In this document: positions 48,584 to 57,802 of the stretch, in pieces
Numbering within the stretch: position 1 is the stretch's first letter
Layout of the letters: each line of letters opens with the position of its first letter
Origin: an uncultured Gemmatimonadota bacterium
Lineage (GTDB): Bacteria > SM23-81 > DAOVCL01
NCBI GenBank assembly: GCA_964626665.1
Contig: CAZVGK010000004.1
Location: 90,613 to 154,612, forward strand
DNA: 64,000 nt
Direction: 5' to 3'
The notes under the pieces: generated by a model
What the model saw: the letters and a program-made list of their open reading frames with translations, nothing else
Told to the model about the DNA's origin: nothing
The model's database searches: none
Made by a program: the position numbers and the translations under genes

Positions 48584-49762
48584 TCAGGACCTCCCCTCTG
48601 CCCGATAGGTCTCTAAGTAGGGCTTCTCTGCCCAGGCCAACTCCTCCTCCTTGTAGGCCACCAGCGGCAGGGCCGCCTCCATGCTTTCACCGGGACTATA
48701 GTCAAAGAGCTCCTGGGCTTCTTGGGCCACCAGGCTAACCACCTGGCCCACGGGAAGGGACATAGGACAGGCATCCTCACAGCTACCACAGGAGAGACAG
48801 GAGAGAGCGATATGAGACATCCGTCCTAAATGGAAGAGGAGGGTATCGGGGGGAAGCTTTAGACCCCCCTTCCTCTCCGCCCGCCTTATGTAGTTCTGGG
48901 GATCAAGCTTCAATGCACTGGATTCAAAGTAGCATTGGCGACAGTGACAGAGGGGACAGGCCCGCATACAGTTATGGCAGTTTATGCACTTACCAAAGGT
49001 CTGTAACAGCTTATCGTAACCCTTCACCTGAGAGCTTAACTCCCGAAACGTCTTCCTCCTCTTCTCCCGCCGCCTCAAAGTGGCCTCCCTCACCCATTCC
49101 TCCCAGTCCTTTATCTCTTCCTCCGGGGCAACCTCACATTCCTCTAACAGCTCTTCACCCCACCGGCTGCCCGCGAGGAGCAAGGGGCGACCATCTCCCC
49201 TTCCCAACAGCCCTATATGCAAGTCAGGGGGGGAACCGGCTTGATCGACCATACTAAACCTGTCGCATATCTGACAGAGAGGGCGCATCCCCTCACCCTG
49301 CCAATCCTCCAGGGCCCTTTCCCAAAGCTGCTTAGCCCCTGAGGGGTCGGCCAGCCAATCACTTAGGGGGACCACCCCTGGACAGTCATAGGTAATGACA
49401 AATATGTTGGCCAAATCCAACTGCTGCAACTTGGAGAGTTCAACCGCCGCCCGCCACTCACAGGGACGCATAACGGCCACAATCCTTTGGGTTGACTTTC
49501 CCTGCCTGGTTATGCTGCTCAGAGACTTGGCCCCCTGCACCGGCATCACCGGGGCAAAGGGGGCAGCCGCGGAGAGCAGGGAGCGGTCCTGGGCTGCCCA
49601 ACCAGAGAGGAGGACCCAGGCAAAGGAATCGCCGGCAGGTACCCTCATCGGCAACAGGGCAGCATCAAAGTAGCCCCTATCCAGCATCCCCCTTAAAAAA
49701 TCGCTGATCCCCTCCCCGCTGGTTTTCCCTCGGGGTAACAGTCCCACACGGCGAGGGCTCAA
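48584..49762 (-). CDS. FdhB/FrhB-like Fe-S protein (paralog)
   Basis: MRPCEWRA, RPLCQIC, CINCHNCMRACPLCHCRQC, SCLSCGSCEDACP. Confidence 0.85.
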   Translation of the reverse strand: MSPRRVGLLPRGKTSGEGISDFLRGMLDRGYFDAALLPMRVPAGDSFAWVLLSGWAAQDRSLLSAAAPFAPVMPVQGAKSLSSITRQGKSTQRIVAVMRPCEWRAAVELSKLQQLDLANIFVITYDCPGVVPLSDWLADPSGAKQLWERALEDWQGEGMRPLCQICDRFSMVDQAGSPPDLHIGLLGRGDGRPLLLAGSRWGEELLEECEVAPEEEIKDWEEWVREATLRRREKRRKTFRELSSQVKGYDKLLQTFGKCINCHNCMRACPLCHCRQCYFESSALKLDPQNYIRRAERKGGLKLPPDTLLFHLGRMSHIALSCLSCGSCEDACPMSLPVGQVVSLVAQEAQELFDYSPGESMEAALPLVAYKEEELAWAEKPYLETYRAEGRS

Positions 49763-50184
49763 GTATCCCTCCGCGACTTCAGCGGGTTGGGGCCCAGCTT
49801 CTTGATGTGATCGTTAAACTCCACTGCCGTATCCACAAACCTTCTCCCCTCGCTATGGGCCACATACCTGAACCAAATCCTCTCCGGCTCCAACCCCAGG
49901 GTGGAGAGGATAGACTTGACCAGGGCCACCCTCCGTCTGGCCCGGAAGTTCCCATCATTATAGTGACAGTCACCGGGATGACAGCCGGAGATCACCACCC
50001 CATCTGCTCCCTCTATCAAAGGCCGCAGCATCTGCACGGTGGAGAGCGAACCGGTGCAGTTGACCCGGGAGATGATTACATTCTCCGGATAATAGAGGTG
50101 ATGAGCTGCTGCGGTCTCGCTGCCCCCACTGCCACACCAGTTGCAGAGAAAATAGATTATCCGCGGGGTAAATTCTTCCTTCAT
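49759..50184 (-). CDS. mvhD: MvhD-like 2Fe-2S protein
   Basis: FLCNWC, VNCTGS, GCHPGDCHY. Confidence 0.88.
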   Translation of the reverse strand: MKEEFTPRIIYFLCNWCGSGGSETAAAHHLYYPENVIISRVNCTGSLSTVQMLRPLIEGADGVVISGCHPGDCHYNDGNFRARRRVALVKSILSTLGLEPERIWFRYVAHSEGRRFVDTAVEFNDHIKKLGPNPLKSRRDT

Positions 50185-53108
50185 AGAAGTAGAGCATCGA
50201 GCGCCGCAATCGATTGGTTGCCAATAAAATCCCTTAAATAGGAGGCATCATTGGGACAGGCCGCCACACAGGCCCCACAGGAATCACACAAAGAAGGCCG
50301 CACCACAGCAATCTTCCGCACCTCATCTATATAGCGGGCCGCATAGGGACAGACATCTACGCAGAGGCCGCACCCCATACACAGGGACTCCTTTACCTCG
50401 GCCACATAGGGCCCATTGGGAGGGGGCAGTTCCCCCTTACCCAAAAGCACCAACGCCCTCCCCGCAGCATCCCGGGCGGTCAACAGCGATTCCGCAAACC
50501 CCCGGGGGGAATGGGCTCCCCCCACCGGATAGATGCAGTTCGTTGCCCATTCGTAGGGCTTTGTCTGCTTCTTGATGATCTCCTCGTAGGGGTAGGCATC
50601 CGCATCGCTCTCCCAGAAACCATCCTGGTCCAGGGAATAGCCCAACAGGGCAGCTAACCTCTCATTGTTCTCCCTATCTGGGATAATACCCGTGCTCAAG
50701 ACCACTAAATCGGCCCTCTCCTCCTGGCCAGTGGGGAGTTTGACAACCAGGGATTTCCCCTCCCTGCTCACCTGGGGGTAACCAGCGGCGGGAAACCTGA
50801 CAAACTTCACCTGGGCCTCTACCGCCCTCCGGTAATAGTCCTCCACCCCATAGCTGGTTAGATCACGGTAGAAGATGGTCACCTGACTACCATTTTCCCT
50901 CAGGAGAAGCGCATTGCGCAGCGCCTGCTGGCAACAGACCCGGGAACAGTAACTGTGTTCCTCATCCCGCGAGCCCACACACTGGATCATAGCGATGAAA
51001 CCTATACCCTTCCATTTCTCCAGCCCATTCTGCAGCTCGGTTTGGGTGATCACCCCTTCATCCTGGCCATAGAGAAAGCCATCAGGACGGTATTCCCGCG
51101 CCCCTGTGGCCACGACGATTGCCCCTGCCTCCCCGGACTTCTCACCCTGTGGGGTGGTTAAGAGGAGGTAGAAGTTGCCCCCATATCCATCGACCCCTTT
51201 CAGCTCTGAATTCGTATATATTGTTATGCGTTCATCCCCCTCCACCTGGGAGATCAGCTTCTGAAGATAGCTCCTCTGTTTGGGGTTGAGATAAGCGGTC
51301 TTCCCCCCCAATTTCCCCTCCCGCTCCACCAGGGTTACCGGGAAGCCCCCTTGGGCTATCTCATAGGCTGCAACCAAACCAGCCCCTCCGGCCCCTAAAA
51401 CAAGGGCCGCTGGGGTAAAGCTGTCCCTCAGCACAGGGGCAATTCTTGCCCAGCGCACCTTTTCCACCCCTCCCCTAATTAGGGTCAAGGCCTTCTTCAG
51501 CATCTTCCCCTTATCCCTATGGACATTGATCACATCCTCCCGCAACGGCAGGAATTCGGCCAACAGGGGGCTCAGCCCAGCTCCCAGCACCGCGGAGCGA
51601 AACTTTCCGGACTTCTGAATGGGGGTACAGGCAGCCAAGACCACCCTGTTTACCCCAGAGGCCCTGATTCTCTCCGCGGTCTCCTTAATGGTGGCCGGCG
51701 TGCAACATCCGCGGATGATCTCCGCATGGGAGACCCCAGGAATTTCCGCGACCCTTTGGGCCAATTGCGGGAGATCCAACTTTGACTCAAAAGTGCCAAA
51801 ACAGCTACAGATAAAGACCCCTATCTTGGCCTCCTCTGAGGGTAGATCCCGCAACTGGGGGGACGGTGGGGGTTTAAAAGTCGGTTCTCCTAAGTATTTC
51901 AAAGCTTCGCTCAGGGCGGCACAGCCCTCCCAGATGGTCTCCGGATTGCCCTTGGGGCCGGTAAACTCCCCCACGGCAAAGATGCCATCCACATCGGTCT
52001 GGGTCGAGGAAAACTCCCTTAACCGACAAAAGCCACCGCGGTCAGGCTTTACCCCAAACAGGCGGGAGAGCTCACCCATCTGAGTAGGTGGCCTCTGTCC
52101 GGCAATGAGAATGACCAGATCATATCCTTCTCTCCTCTCCTCCCCCTCCAATTCATACTTCAGGGTTGCCTCCTCATTGGTCTGGGGAAGGACCTGCAGC
52201 CTCTCGGCCCTGACCACCTTTACCCCAGCGTTGACTGCCTTTACATACCACCTGTAGTGGGACTTGCCAAACCCCCGATAGTCCCGGAGATAGACGGCCA
52301 CTTGTGCCTCAGGGATAACCCCCTTAACCTTCAATGCCCGATAAACAGCGGTTACCGAAAGGTTGTATGGTTCATACTCCTTCCCCCTCTGAAAATGGGG
52401 GGTAATCACAATGGCCAATTTGTGGGGGAGCTGGCCAGAGGCCAACCTCAGGGAATCGCGCACAAAGTTGGTGAGAGACGATCTCCTGGCTAACTCGGAG
52501 TTGCGCACCACCCAGGGGAACCTCCCCACCCCAAAATCCCTTAACTCCTCATCAGTTGGCTCCTCAAACTCCCAGGCCAGGATGATGGCCCCCACCCTGA
52601 CCTCAACTACCTCTTCCTTCCTCTCCAACTTCAACGCCCCGGTGGGGCAGGCCTCCTCACACTTACCACACTTGGGGCAATTCTCCCAGTCAATAAGGTA
52701 GGTGTTTTCCCACATCACCTGAGGATGGACGGAGATGGGTTTCCTGCCGGCAACCTCCACCGGACAGGCCTCCACACAGCGGTCGCATTCAATACAGCTA
52801 TAGTTATCAACGAGCTGGTCCCTCTTCTTGAACTTCACCCGGAAATCCCCCCCCTGGCCCGTTACCTCAATCACCTCTGAATTATAGTAATCCTGCAGAC
52901 ATCCTAAGGACTTGAAGAGTCGCTGCGGAAATTGGCCACACAGCCAACAGAGATCCAGGGGAAGCTGGGAAAGGGCCTGATTCCTTACCTCGTTCACCCA
53001 GGAACCCCGATTGAGAAGGATTACCTTATAGCCCTTCTTGCATAAGGCATAAGCTGCTCTATATCCACCTAAGTTGGTCCCATAGATAAGGGCAGCAGCA
53101 TCCATCAC
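50181..53108 (-). CDS. Large tandem HdrA-like protein with degenerate first module
   Basis: Two HdrA-like modules; the second has GAGGAG, CVGSRD..CSRVCC and a C-terminal dicluster; the first has GTNLGG and lacks CSRVCC. Confidence 0.85.
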   Translation of the reverse strand: MMDAAALIYGTNLGGYRAAYALCKKGYKVILLNRGSWVNEVRNQALSQLPLDLCWLCGQFPQRLFKSLGCLQDYYNSEVIEVTGQGGDFRVKFKKRDQLVDNYSCIECDRCVEACPVEVAGRKPISVHPQVMWENTYLIDWENCPKCGKCEEACPTGALKLERKEEVVEVRVGAIILAWEFEEPTDEELRDFGVGRFPWVVRNSELARRSSLTNFVRDSLRLASGQLPHKLAIVITPHFQRGKEYEPYNLSVTAVYRALKVKGVIPEAQVAVYLRDYRGFGKSHYRWYVKAVNAGVKVVRAERLQVLPQTNEEATLKYELEGEERREGYDLVILIAGQRPPTQMGELSRLFGVKPDRGGFCRLREFSSTQTDVDGIFAVGEFTGPKGNPETIWEGCAALSEALKYLGEPTFKPPPSPQLRDLPSEEAKIGVFICSCFGTFESKLDLPQLAQRVAEIPGVSHAEIIRGCCTPATIKETAERIRASGVNRVVLAACTPIQKSGKFRSAVLGAGLSPLLAEFLPLREDVINVHRDKGKMLKKALTLIRGGVEKVRWARIAPVLRDSFTPAALVLGAGGAGLVAAYEIAQGGFPVTLVEREGKLGGKTAYLNPKQRSYLQKLISQVEGDERITIYTNSELKGVDGYGGNFYLLLTTPQGEKSGEAGAIVVATGAREYRPDGFLYGQDEGVITQTELQNGLEKWKGIGFIAMIQCVGSRDEEHSYCSRVCCQQALRNALLLRENGSQVTIFYRDLTSYGVEDYYRRAVEAQVKFVRFPAAGYPQVSREGKSLVVKLPTGQEERADLVVLSTGIIPDRENNERLAALLGYSLDQDGFWESDADAYPYEEIIKKQTKPYEWATNCIYPVGGAHSPRGFAESLLTARDAAGRALVLLGKGELPPPNGPYVAEVKESLCMGCGLCVDVCPYAARYIDEVRKIAVVRPSLCDSCGACVAACPNDASYLRDFIGNQSIAALDALLL

Positions 53109-55081
53109 CCCACCCTATCCTCTGAGGAGAGGATGGCCTCAGCCATTTTTAGTAGCTGCTCATCCCGGAAGTTGCGCTGCTGAGAGGCCCCCGAGGGACA
53201 GCCAGCCACACAGGAGCCACAACCTTCGCACTTTACCTCATTCACCTGGGCTATCTTCTTCCCCTCCTGCACCTCCATCTCCCGGGCATCATAGGGGCAG
53301 AGGGAGATGCAGAGCCCACAGCCACTACAGAGGTCCTCATCAACTGTGGCCACAATGGGATCATGGTATAGTTCCTCCTGGCTAAACAGCTCCAGCACCT
53401 TTGCCGCGGCCCCCGAGGCCTGGGCCACGGTGTCCGGGATGTCCCGGGGGGCCTGGCCGCAACCGGCCAGAAATATCCCTGGGGTCAGGGTCTCCATGGG
53501 CCGCAGCTTGGGGTGGGCCTCGGTGAGAAATCCATAAACATCTACACCTATCTTCAGCTTGCGCACCAAGTCCTCTATCCCCGGAGATGAGATTATGGCC
53601 ATCCCCAGGACAACGAGGTCGCACCTCACCTCCAGGGGCTTTCCGGAGAGAGTGTCGGCAGCCAGCACCACCAGCTCGCCATTGTTGGCATAGATCTTGG
53701 AGACCTTACCCCTGATGTAGGTTACCTGGTCCTCCTCCTGGGCCCGCTGCACAAACTCCTCATATCCCTTGCCATCAGAGCGCACATCGATATAGAAAAC
53801 GATGGGCTGACCGTCAGGGACCCGGTGTTTGTAGAGCATAGCATGTTTGGCCAGATACATACAGCAGACCTTTGAACAATAGGGCTTATGGAGCTCTGAA
53901 TCCCTCGAGCCCACACAGGAGATGAAGGCCACCCTCTTGGGGACCTGACCATCAGAGGGACGGCGCACCTCCCCCTCGGTGGGGCCGGAGGCGGAGAGGA
54001 GCCTCTCAAACTGCAACCCATTGATCACATTCTCATACCTGCCCCCCCCATACTCCCCTATCCTCTCCATCCCGTAGAGCTGATAGCCGGTGGCCACCAC
54101 AATGGCCCCCACCTCCTCCTCAACAATCACATCCTCTTGCTCATAATCTATCGCCCCTGTGGGACAGAGCTTCTCACATATCCGGCACTTTCCAGTTTGG
54201 AAGTAAAGGCAATGAGCGGCATCGATCACTGCCTTGGCAGGAACTGCTTGCGGGAAGGGAATGTAGATAGCCTTCCTCTTGGTCAACCCCTCTTCGAACT
54301 CCGAGGGAACCTCGACGGGGCATTTCTCCATACATATTCCACAGCCAATGCATTTATCGAAGTCCACATAGCCTGGCTTTTTCCTTATCTTCACCTGAAA
54401 GTTCCCCACATAGCCGGAGACCTCCGCGACCTCCGCATAGGTGTATAATTTGATATTGGGGTGATGCCCCACGGCCACCATCTTTGGTGTTAATATGCAC
54501 TGAGAACAGTCGAGGGTAGGGAAGGTCTCCGATAGCTGCGCCATATGTCCACCAATGGAAGACTCCCTCTCCACCAAGATTACTTCATAGCCGGCGTTTC
54601 CCATATCCAGGGATGCCTGGATGCCAGCGATCCCTCCCCCAATGACCAGAACCCGCTTGGTCATCGGAAGGGCCAAGGGGGTAAGCTCCTCATTGAGTTT
54701 AACCTTCTCCACCACGGCCTCGATGATGCGCACTGCCTTCCGGGTGGCCTGGGACCTGTTGGTATGAATCCAACTGCAATGCTCACGAATGTTGGCTATC
54801 TCACATCTGTAGGGGTTGAGCCCAGCCTGGCCCACGGCATTTCTGAAGGTCACCTCATGCAGGTTTGGCGAGCAGGAGGCCACTACCACCCCATTTAGCC
54901 CCTTCTCCTTTATGCGCTCTCGAATCATCTTCTGCCCCGGGTCAGAGCACATATACTGGTAATCCTCAGCGTGCACCACTCCCGGGTAGGTGCGGGCCGC
55001 CTCCACCGCCGCCTGCACATCCACCGTAGCGGCGATGTTTATCCCACAGTGACAGACAAATACACCTATTCTATCTTCCAT
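53105..55081 (-). CDS. hdrA: Heterodisulfide reductase subunit A
   Basis: VFVCHCG, ANIREHC, GGGIAG, FPTLDCSQC, QFERLL, CSKVCCMYLAK, EAHPKLRP. Confidence 0.96.
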   Translation of the reverse strand: MEDRIGVFVCHCGINIAATVDVQAAVEAARTYPGVVHAEDYQYMCSDPGQKMIRERIKEKGLNGVVVASCSPNLHEVTFRNAVGQAGLNPYRCEIANIREHCSWIHTNRSQATRKAVRIIEAVVEKVKLNEELTPLALPMTKRVLVIGGGIAGIQASLDMGNAGYEVILVERESSIGGHMAQLSETFPTLDCSQCILTPKMVAVGHHPNIKLYTYAEVAEVSGYVGNFQVKIRKKPGYVDFDKCIGCGICMEKCPVEVPSEFEEGLTKRKAIYIPFPQAVPAKAVIDAAHCLYFQTGKCRICEKLCPTGAIDYEQEDVIVEEEVGAIVVATGYQLYGMERIGEYGGGRYENVINGLQFERLLSASGPTEGEVRRPSDGQVPKRVAFISCVGSRDSELHKPYCSKVCCMYLAKHAMLYKHRVPDGQPIVFYIDVRSDGKGYEEFVQRAQEEDQVTYIRGKVSKIYANNGELVVLAADTLSGKPLEVRCDLVVLGMAIISSPGIEDLVRKLKIGVDVYGFLTEAHPKLRPMETLTPGIFLAGCGQAPRDIPDTVAQASGAAAKVLELFSQEELYHDPIVATVDEDLCSGCGLCISLCPYDAREMEVQEGKKIAQVNEVKCEGCGSCVAGCPSGASQQRNFRDEQLLKMAEAILSSEDRVG

Positions 55082-55937
55082 AGATTAGCTCACTTGCCTG
55101 GTAACGGTTCAGATCGAACCGCAACTCCTTTTCCCTTACCCCTAAGGCGGCTCCCATAATCTGGGTAAAGTAAACCACAGGCATCTGCACGAAATCGGCA
55201 TACTTATCCTGCACATCCTCTTGCCTGGTCTCCAAGTTGAACTGGCAGAGCGGACAACTGGTAGCAATTAGGTTGGCCCCGTTGTTCCGAGCCATATTCA
55301 CCATCTTATAGGTCCTCTCCACTACCAGATCCACCTGATCCACCGTCTGATATGCGCCGCAGCACTCGTTCCTGTACGGGAAGTCCACGGCCTCTATGCC
55401 CAGAGAAGCAAACAACCTCTCCAGAAGAGTTGGGTTTTCCGGATCGTCAATGGCTATCTCCCGGGGGCGAAGCAGGAGACAACCGTAATAAGGGGCAACC
55501 CTTAACTGCCCCAGCGCGGCCTGCACCTTTTGGGAGATGGCCGCAAACCCCACCTCATCCCTGAGCAGCTCCAAGATATGGAGCACCTCCACATCGCCCG
55601 TATAATTCTCCTCCCGATCCATAAACTGATTCATCTTCTCACCGGCCTCTTTATCCTCCCGGAAGAAGCTGTTGGCCCTCTTCAATGTGTTATAGCACAT
55701 TGAGCAGAGGGTGAGAACCCTCGAACCGCCCTCTTCCTTTACCCTAATCAGATTCCTCACTGGGGCCAGCTTATGGATCAGATCATCGGAGGCTAAGGAA
55801 TAGACCGTGCCACAACAGTTCCACCTCTTTAGCTCGACGAGCTCGACATCGAGCACCCTCAAAGCGGCAATGGCCGACTCCTCGAAGTTCTTCGCCGTGG
55901 TCTTTAGCGTGCATCCCGGATAATATAGTATCCTCAT
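55071..55937 (-). CDS. hdrB: Heterodisulfide reductase subunit B (copy 1)
   Basis: YYPGC, WNCCG, CSMC, YYGC, ECCGA, SCPLC. Confidence 0.94.
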   Translation of the reverse strand: MRILYYPGCTLKTTAKNFEESAIAALRVLDVELVELKRWNCCGTVYSLASDDLIHKLAPVRNLIRVKEEGGSRVLTLCSMCYNTLKRANSFFREDKEAGEKMNQFMDREENYTGDVEVLHILELLRDEVGFAAISQKVQAALGQLRVAPYYGCLLLRPREIAIDDPENPTLLERLFASLGIEAVDFPYRNECCGAYQTVDQVDLVVERTYKMVNMARNNGANLIATSCPLCQFNLETRQEDVQDKYADFVQMPVVYFTQIMGAALGVREKELRFDLNRYQASELIYGR

Positions 55938-55939
55938 CC

Positions 55940-56317
55940 CTAGGCAGTCCCTTTGCGGAAGTTGCCCACCAAGGCTATCTGGGGTAGCTTAGCCATCTGT
56001 TCAGAGGATATCCTCTTGATCTCTACCCGATCGATATTCTTCCGCAGCTGGATCTGCCGCAAGGCCTCCATTATCCTGGCTAAGTCAATTCCCCGAGGGC
56101 ATCTTACAGAACAGGTAAAGCAGGAGGCACAGATCCAGATTGTCTCCGAGTTGAGGGCATCATTCGATTGGCCGATTTGGAGCAGCCTGATCACCTCATT
56201 GGGGAGTATATCCATCTGCCAGACGCTGGGACAGCCCCCCGAACACTTGCCGCACTGATAACAGGCATAGAGGTTCTGCGCGGAAAGCTCGGAGACCCTC
56301 TTCATTAAGTTTTCCAT
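55940..56317 (-). CDS. hdrC: Heterodisulfide reductase subunit C (copy 1)
   Basis: CYQCGKCSGGCP; WICASCFTCSVRCPRG. Confidence 0.94.
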   Translation of the reverse strand: MENLMKRVSELSAQNLYACYQCGKCSGGCPSVWQMDILPNEVIRLLQIGQSNDALNSETIWICASCFTCSVRCPRGIDLARIMEALRQIQLRKNIDRVEIKRISSEQMAKLPQIALVGNFRKGTA

Positions 56318-56333
56318 TAACCTTTGGCCCCTT

Positions 56334-57398
56334 TCATCCGGCTAACGCCTCCCAGACCAGGTCCAGGAGATTCATTACCCGCATTTGGTCATCGCTCCTT
56401 TTTGCGGCATTTCCCAGGTTGAACTCACAGGTGGGACAAAGGGTGGTCAAAGTGTCCACCCCTAACTCCAGGGCCTGGTTCATCCTTTTGTCGGCCAGTC
56501 TCTGCGCCAACTTATCGTCTGTAGCCAACAACCCCCCCCCGCCTCCACAACACTCTGCCTGCTTGCCGTGGGTAGGAAACTCCACAACTTCAACGCCGAT
56601 CTGCCGCAAGACCTCCCGGGGCTCATCAACCATACCCATCCCCCGGGCCAGGTTGCAGGGGTCATGGTAGGTCACCTTGCGGCCTAACTTCCTGATTTTG
56701 CCCTGATAATTGGGCAGTCTCTCGGCAATCTCCTGAAGGACATACCTGGGTTGGAGATCCGGGTAGTTCTTGGAGATGAAGAAGATACAGGTGGTGCAGA
56801 GGCAGATGAACTTCTTATAGGGGAACCTGCGGCGAAACTTCTCCTGCTGAGCAGCCAGCTTCTCCTTATCCCCTAATACACCAAAGGGCATACCACAACA
56901 GGTCTCATCCACCACCTTGGGCTTAACCCCCAGCTTCTCCAAGATCTCCAAATACCTTTTGGCATCGTCCGTCCTCTGCAGCAGCCTGCACCCTAAGAGG
57001 ACAGGCACCTCCCCTTCCTGCACCGGAGGGGCAATTGACTCGCCGAAGATATTCCCTGACTGCTCGATCTTGCCTAAAAGGTCCAAATGCTCATCATATT
57101 CGTAGCCGGCATTGACCAGGTCGGCCCGGGCCGCGGTGAGTATATCGGGGATCGACACATTGGCGGAGCAACGTTCCACGCAGTCCTGACAGAAGGAACA
57201 CTGAAATATCTTCTCCGCCACATACTTCGATGGCTCAACCTCACCGGAAAGCAGTCCATAGGCCAAGACGGCCTTCCCCCGGGGGCCATCTGCCTCCCAG
57301 CTCAACTGTTTGAATACGGGACAGCCTTCAAAACAGTAGGCACACCTTATACAGACATTCAGCTCATTTTCCCATTGTTTCAGGTATTTAGTTTCCAC
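56334..57398 (-). CDS. GlcF/HdrD-like Fe-S protein (dicluster + CCG domains)
   Basis: CIRCAYC..CP, CSFCQDC; ETCCG; YHDPC...ECCGGGG...CPTC. Confidence 0.88.
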   Translation of the reverse strand: METKYLKQWENELNVCIRCAYCFEGCPVFKQLSWEADGPRGKAVLAYGLLSGEVEPSKYVAEKIFQCSFCQDCVERCSANVSIPDILTAARADLVNAGYEYDEHLDLLGKIEQSGNIFGESIAPPVQEGEVPVLLGCRLLQRTDDAKRYLEILEKLGVKPKVVDETCCGMPFGVLGDKEKLAAQQEKFRRRFPYKKFICLCTTCIFFISKNYPDLQPRYVLQEIAERLPNYQGKIRKLGRKVTYHDPCNLARGMGMVDEPREVLRQIGVEVVEFPTHGKQAECCGGGGGLLATDDKLAQRLADKRMNQALELGVDTLTTLCPTCEFNLGNAAKRSDDQMRVMNLLDLVWEALAG

Positions 57399-57443
57399 TG
57401 CCTCTCCTTAAGCGAATTTAACCGTCCTCCGGCGGGACTCATT

Positions 57444-57589
57444 TGACAGGATAACAGGGTTTACACAAAAAACACCGAATGACCTCGAAACCACTGAAAA
57501 ATCATAATGCACATTCTTCCTTAAAATCTCTTATTGTTTCAGTGATTTTCGGTGTTTAACGAATGTTATTTGTCCTGTTCATCCTGTCT
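57444..57589. repeat. Nested inverted-repeat element related to 19559-19718
   Basis: Outer GACAGGAT...ATCCTGTC; inner AAACACCGAA...GTGATTTTCGGTGTTTAA, shared with 19559-19718. Confidence 0.75.
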
Positions 57590-57754
57590 AGCCCGAATTA
57601 TTCATAGCGGATTGAGGTGATCTCTTGAGATTAGCGGGATCCTATATTGTCGTGTAGGGACAGACCTTCAGGTCTGTCCGTTTCCTCGGACAAGTCTAAA
57701 GACTTGTCCCCACGATTCAAGACGTTACTACAAATTTATGAATAGATCGGACTA
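57589..57754. mobile_element. MITE-like element enclosing a GTAG-type REP doublet
   Basis: TAGCCCGAATTATTCATA / TATGAATAGATCGGACTA imperfect TIRs; GTAGGGACAGACC..GGTCTGTCC and GGACAAGTCT..AGACTTGTCC inside. Confidence 0.6.
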
Positions 57755-57802
57755 AGATGGTAATTCTTATATTACGGACTTAACTCCGTTGTTGAAGGAA
57801 AT

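Noticed and set aside
39747-55081. Selenocysteine (TGA) recoding in HdrA, MvhD or MvhA
   Set aside because: The usual Sec positions are Cys in uninterrupted ORFs (DCSQC, DCAAC, GCHPGDCHY, DPCLAC).
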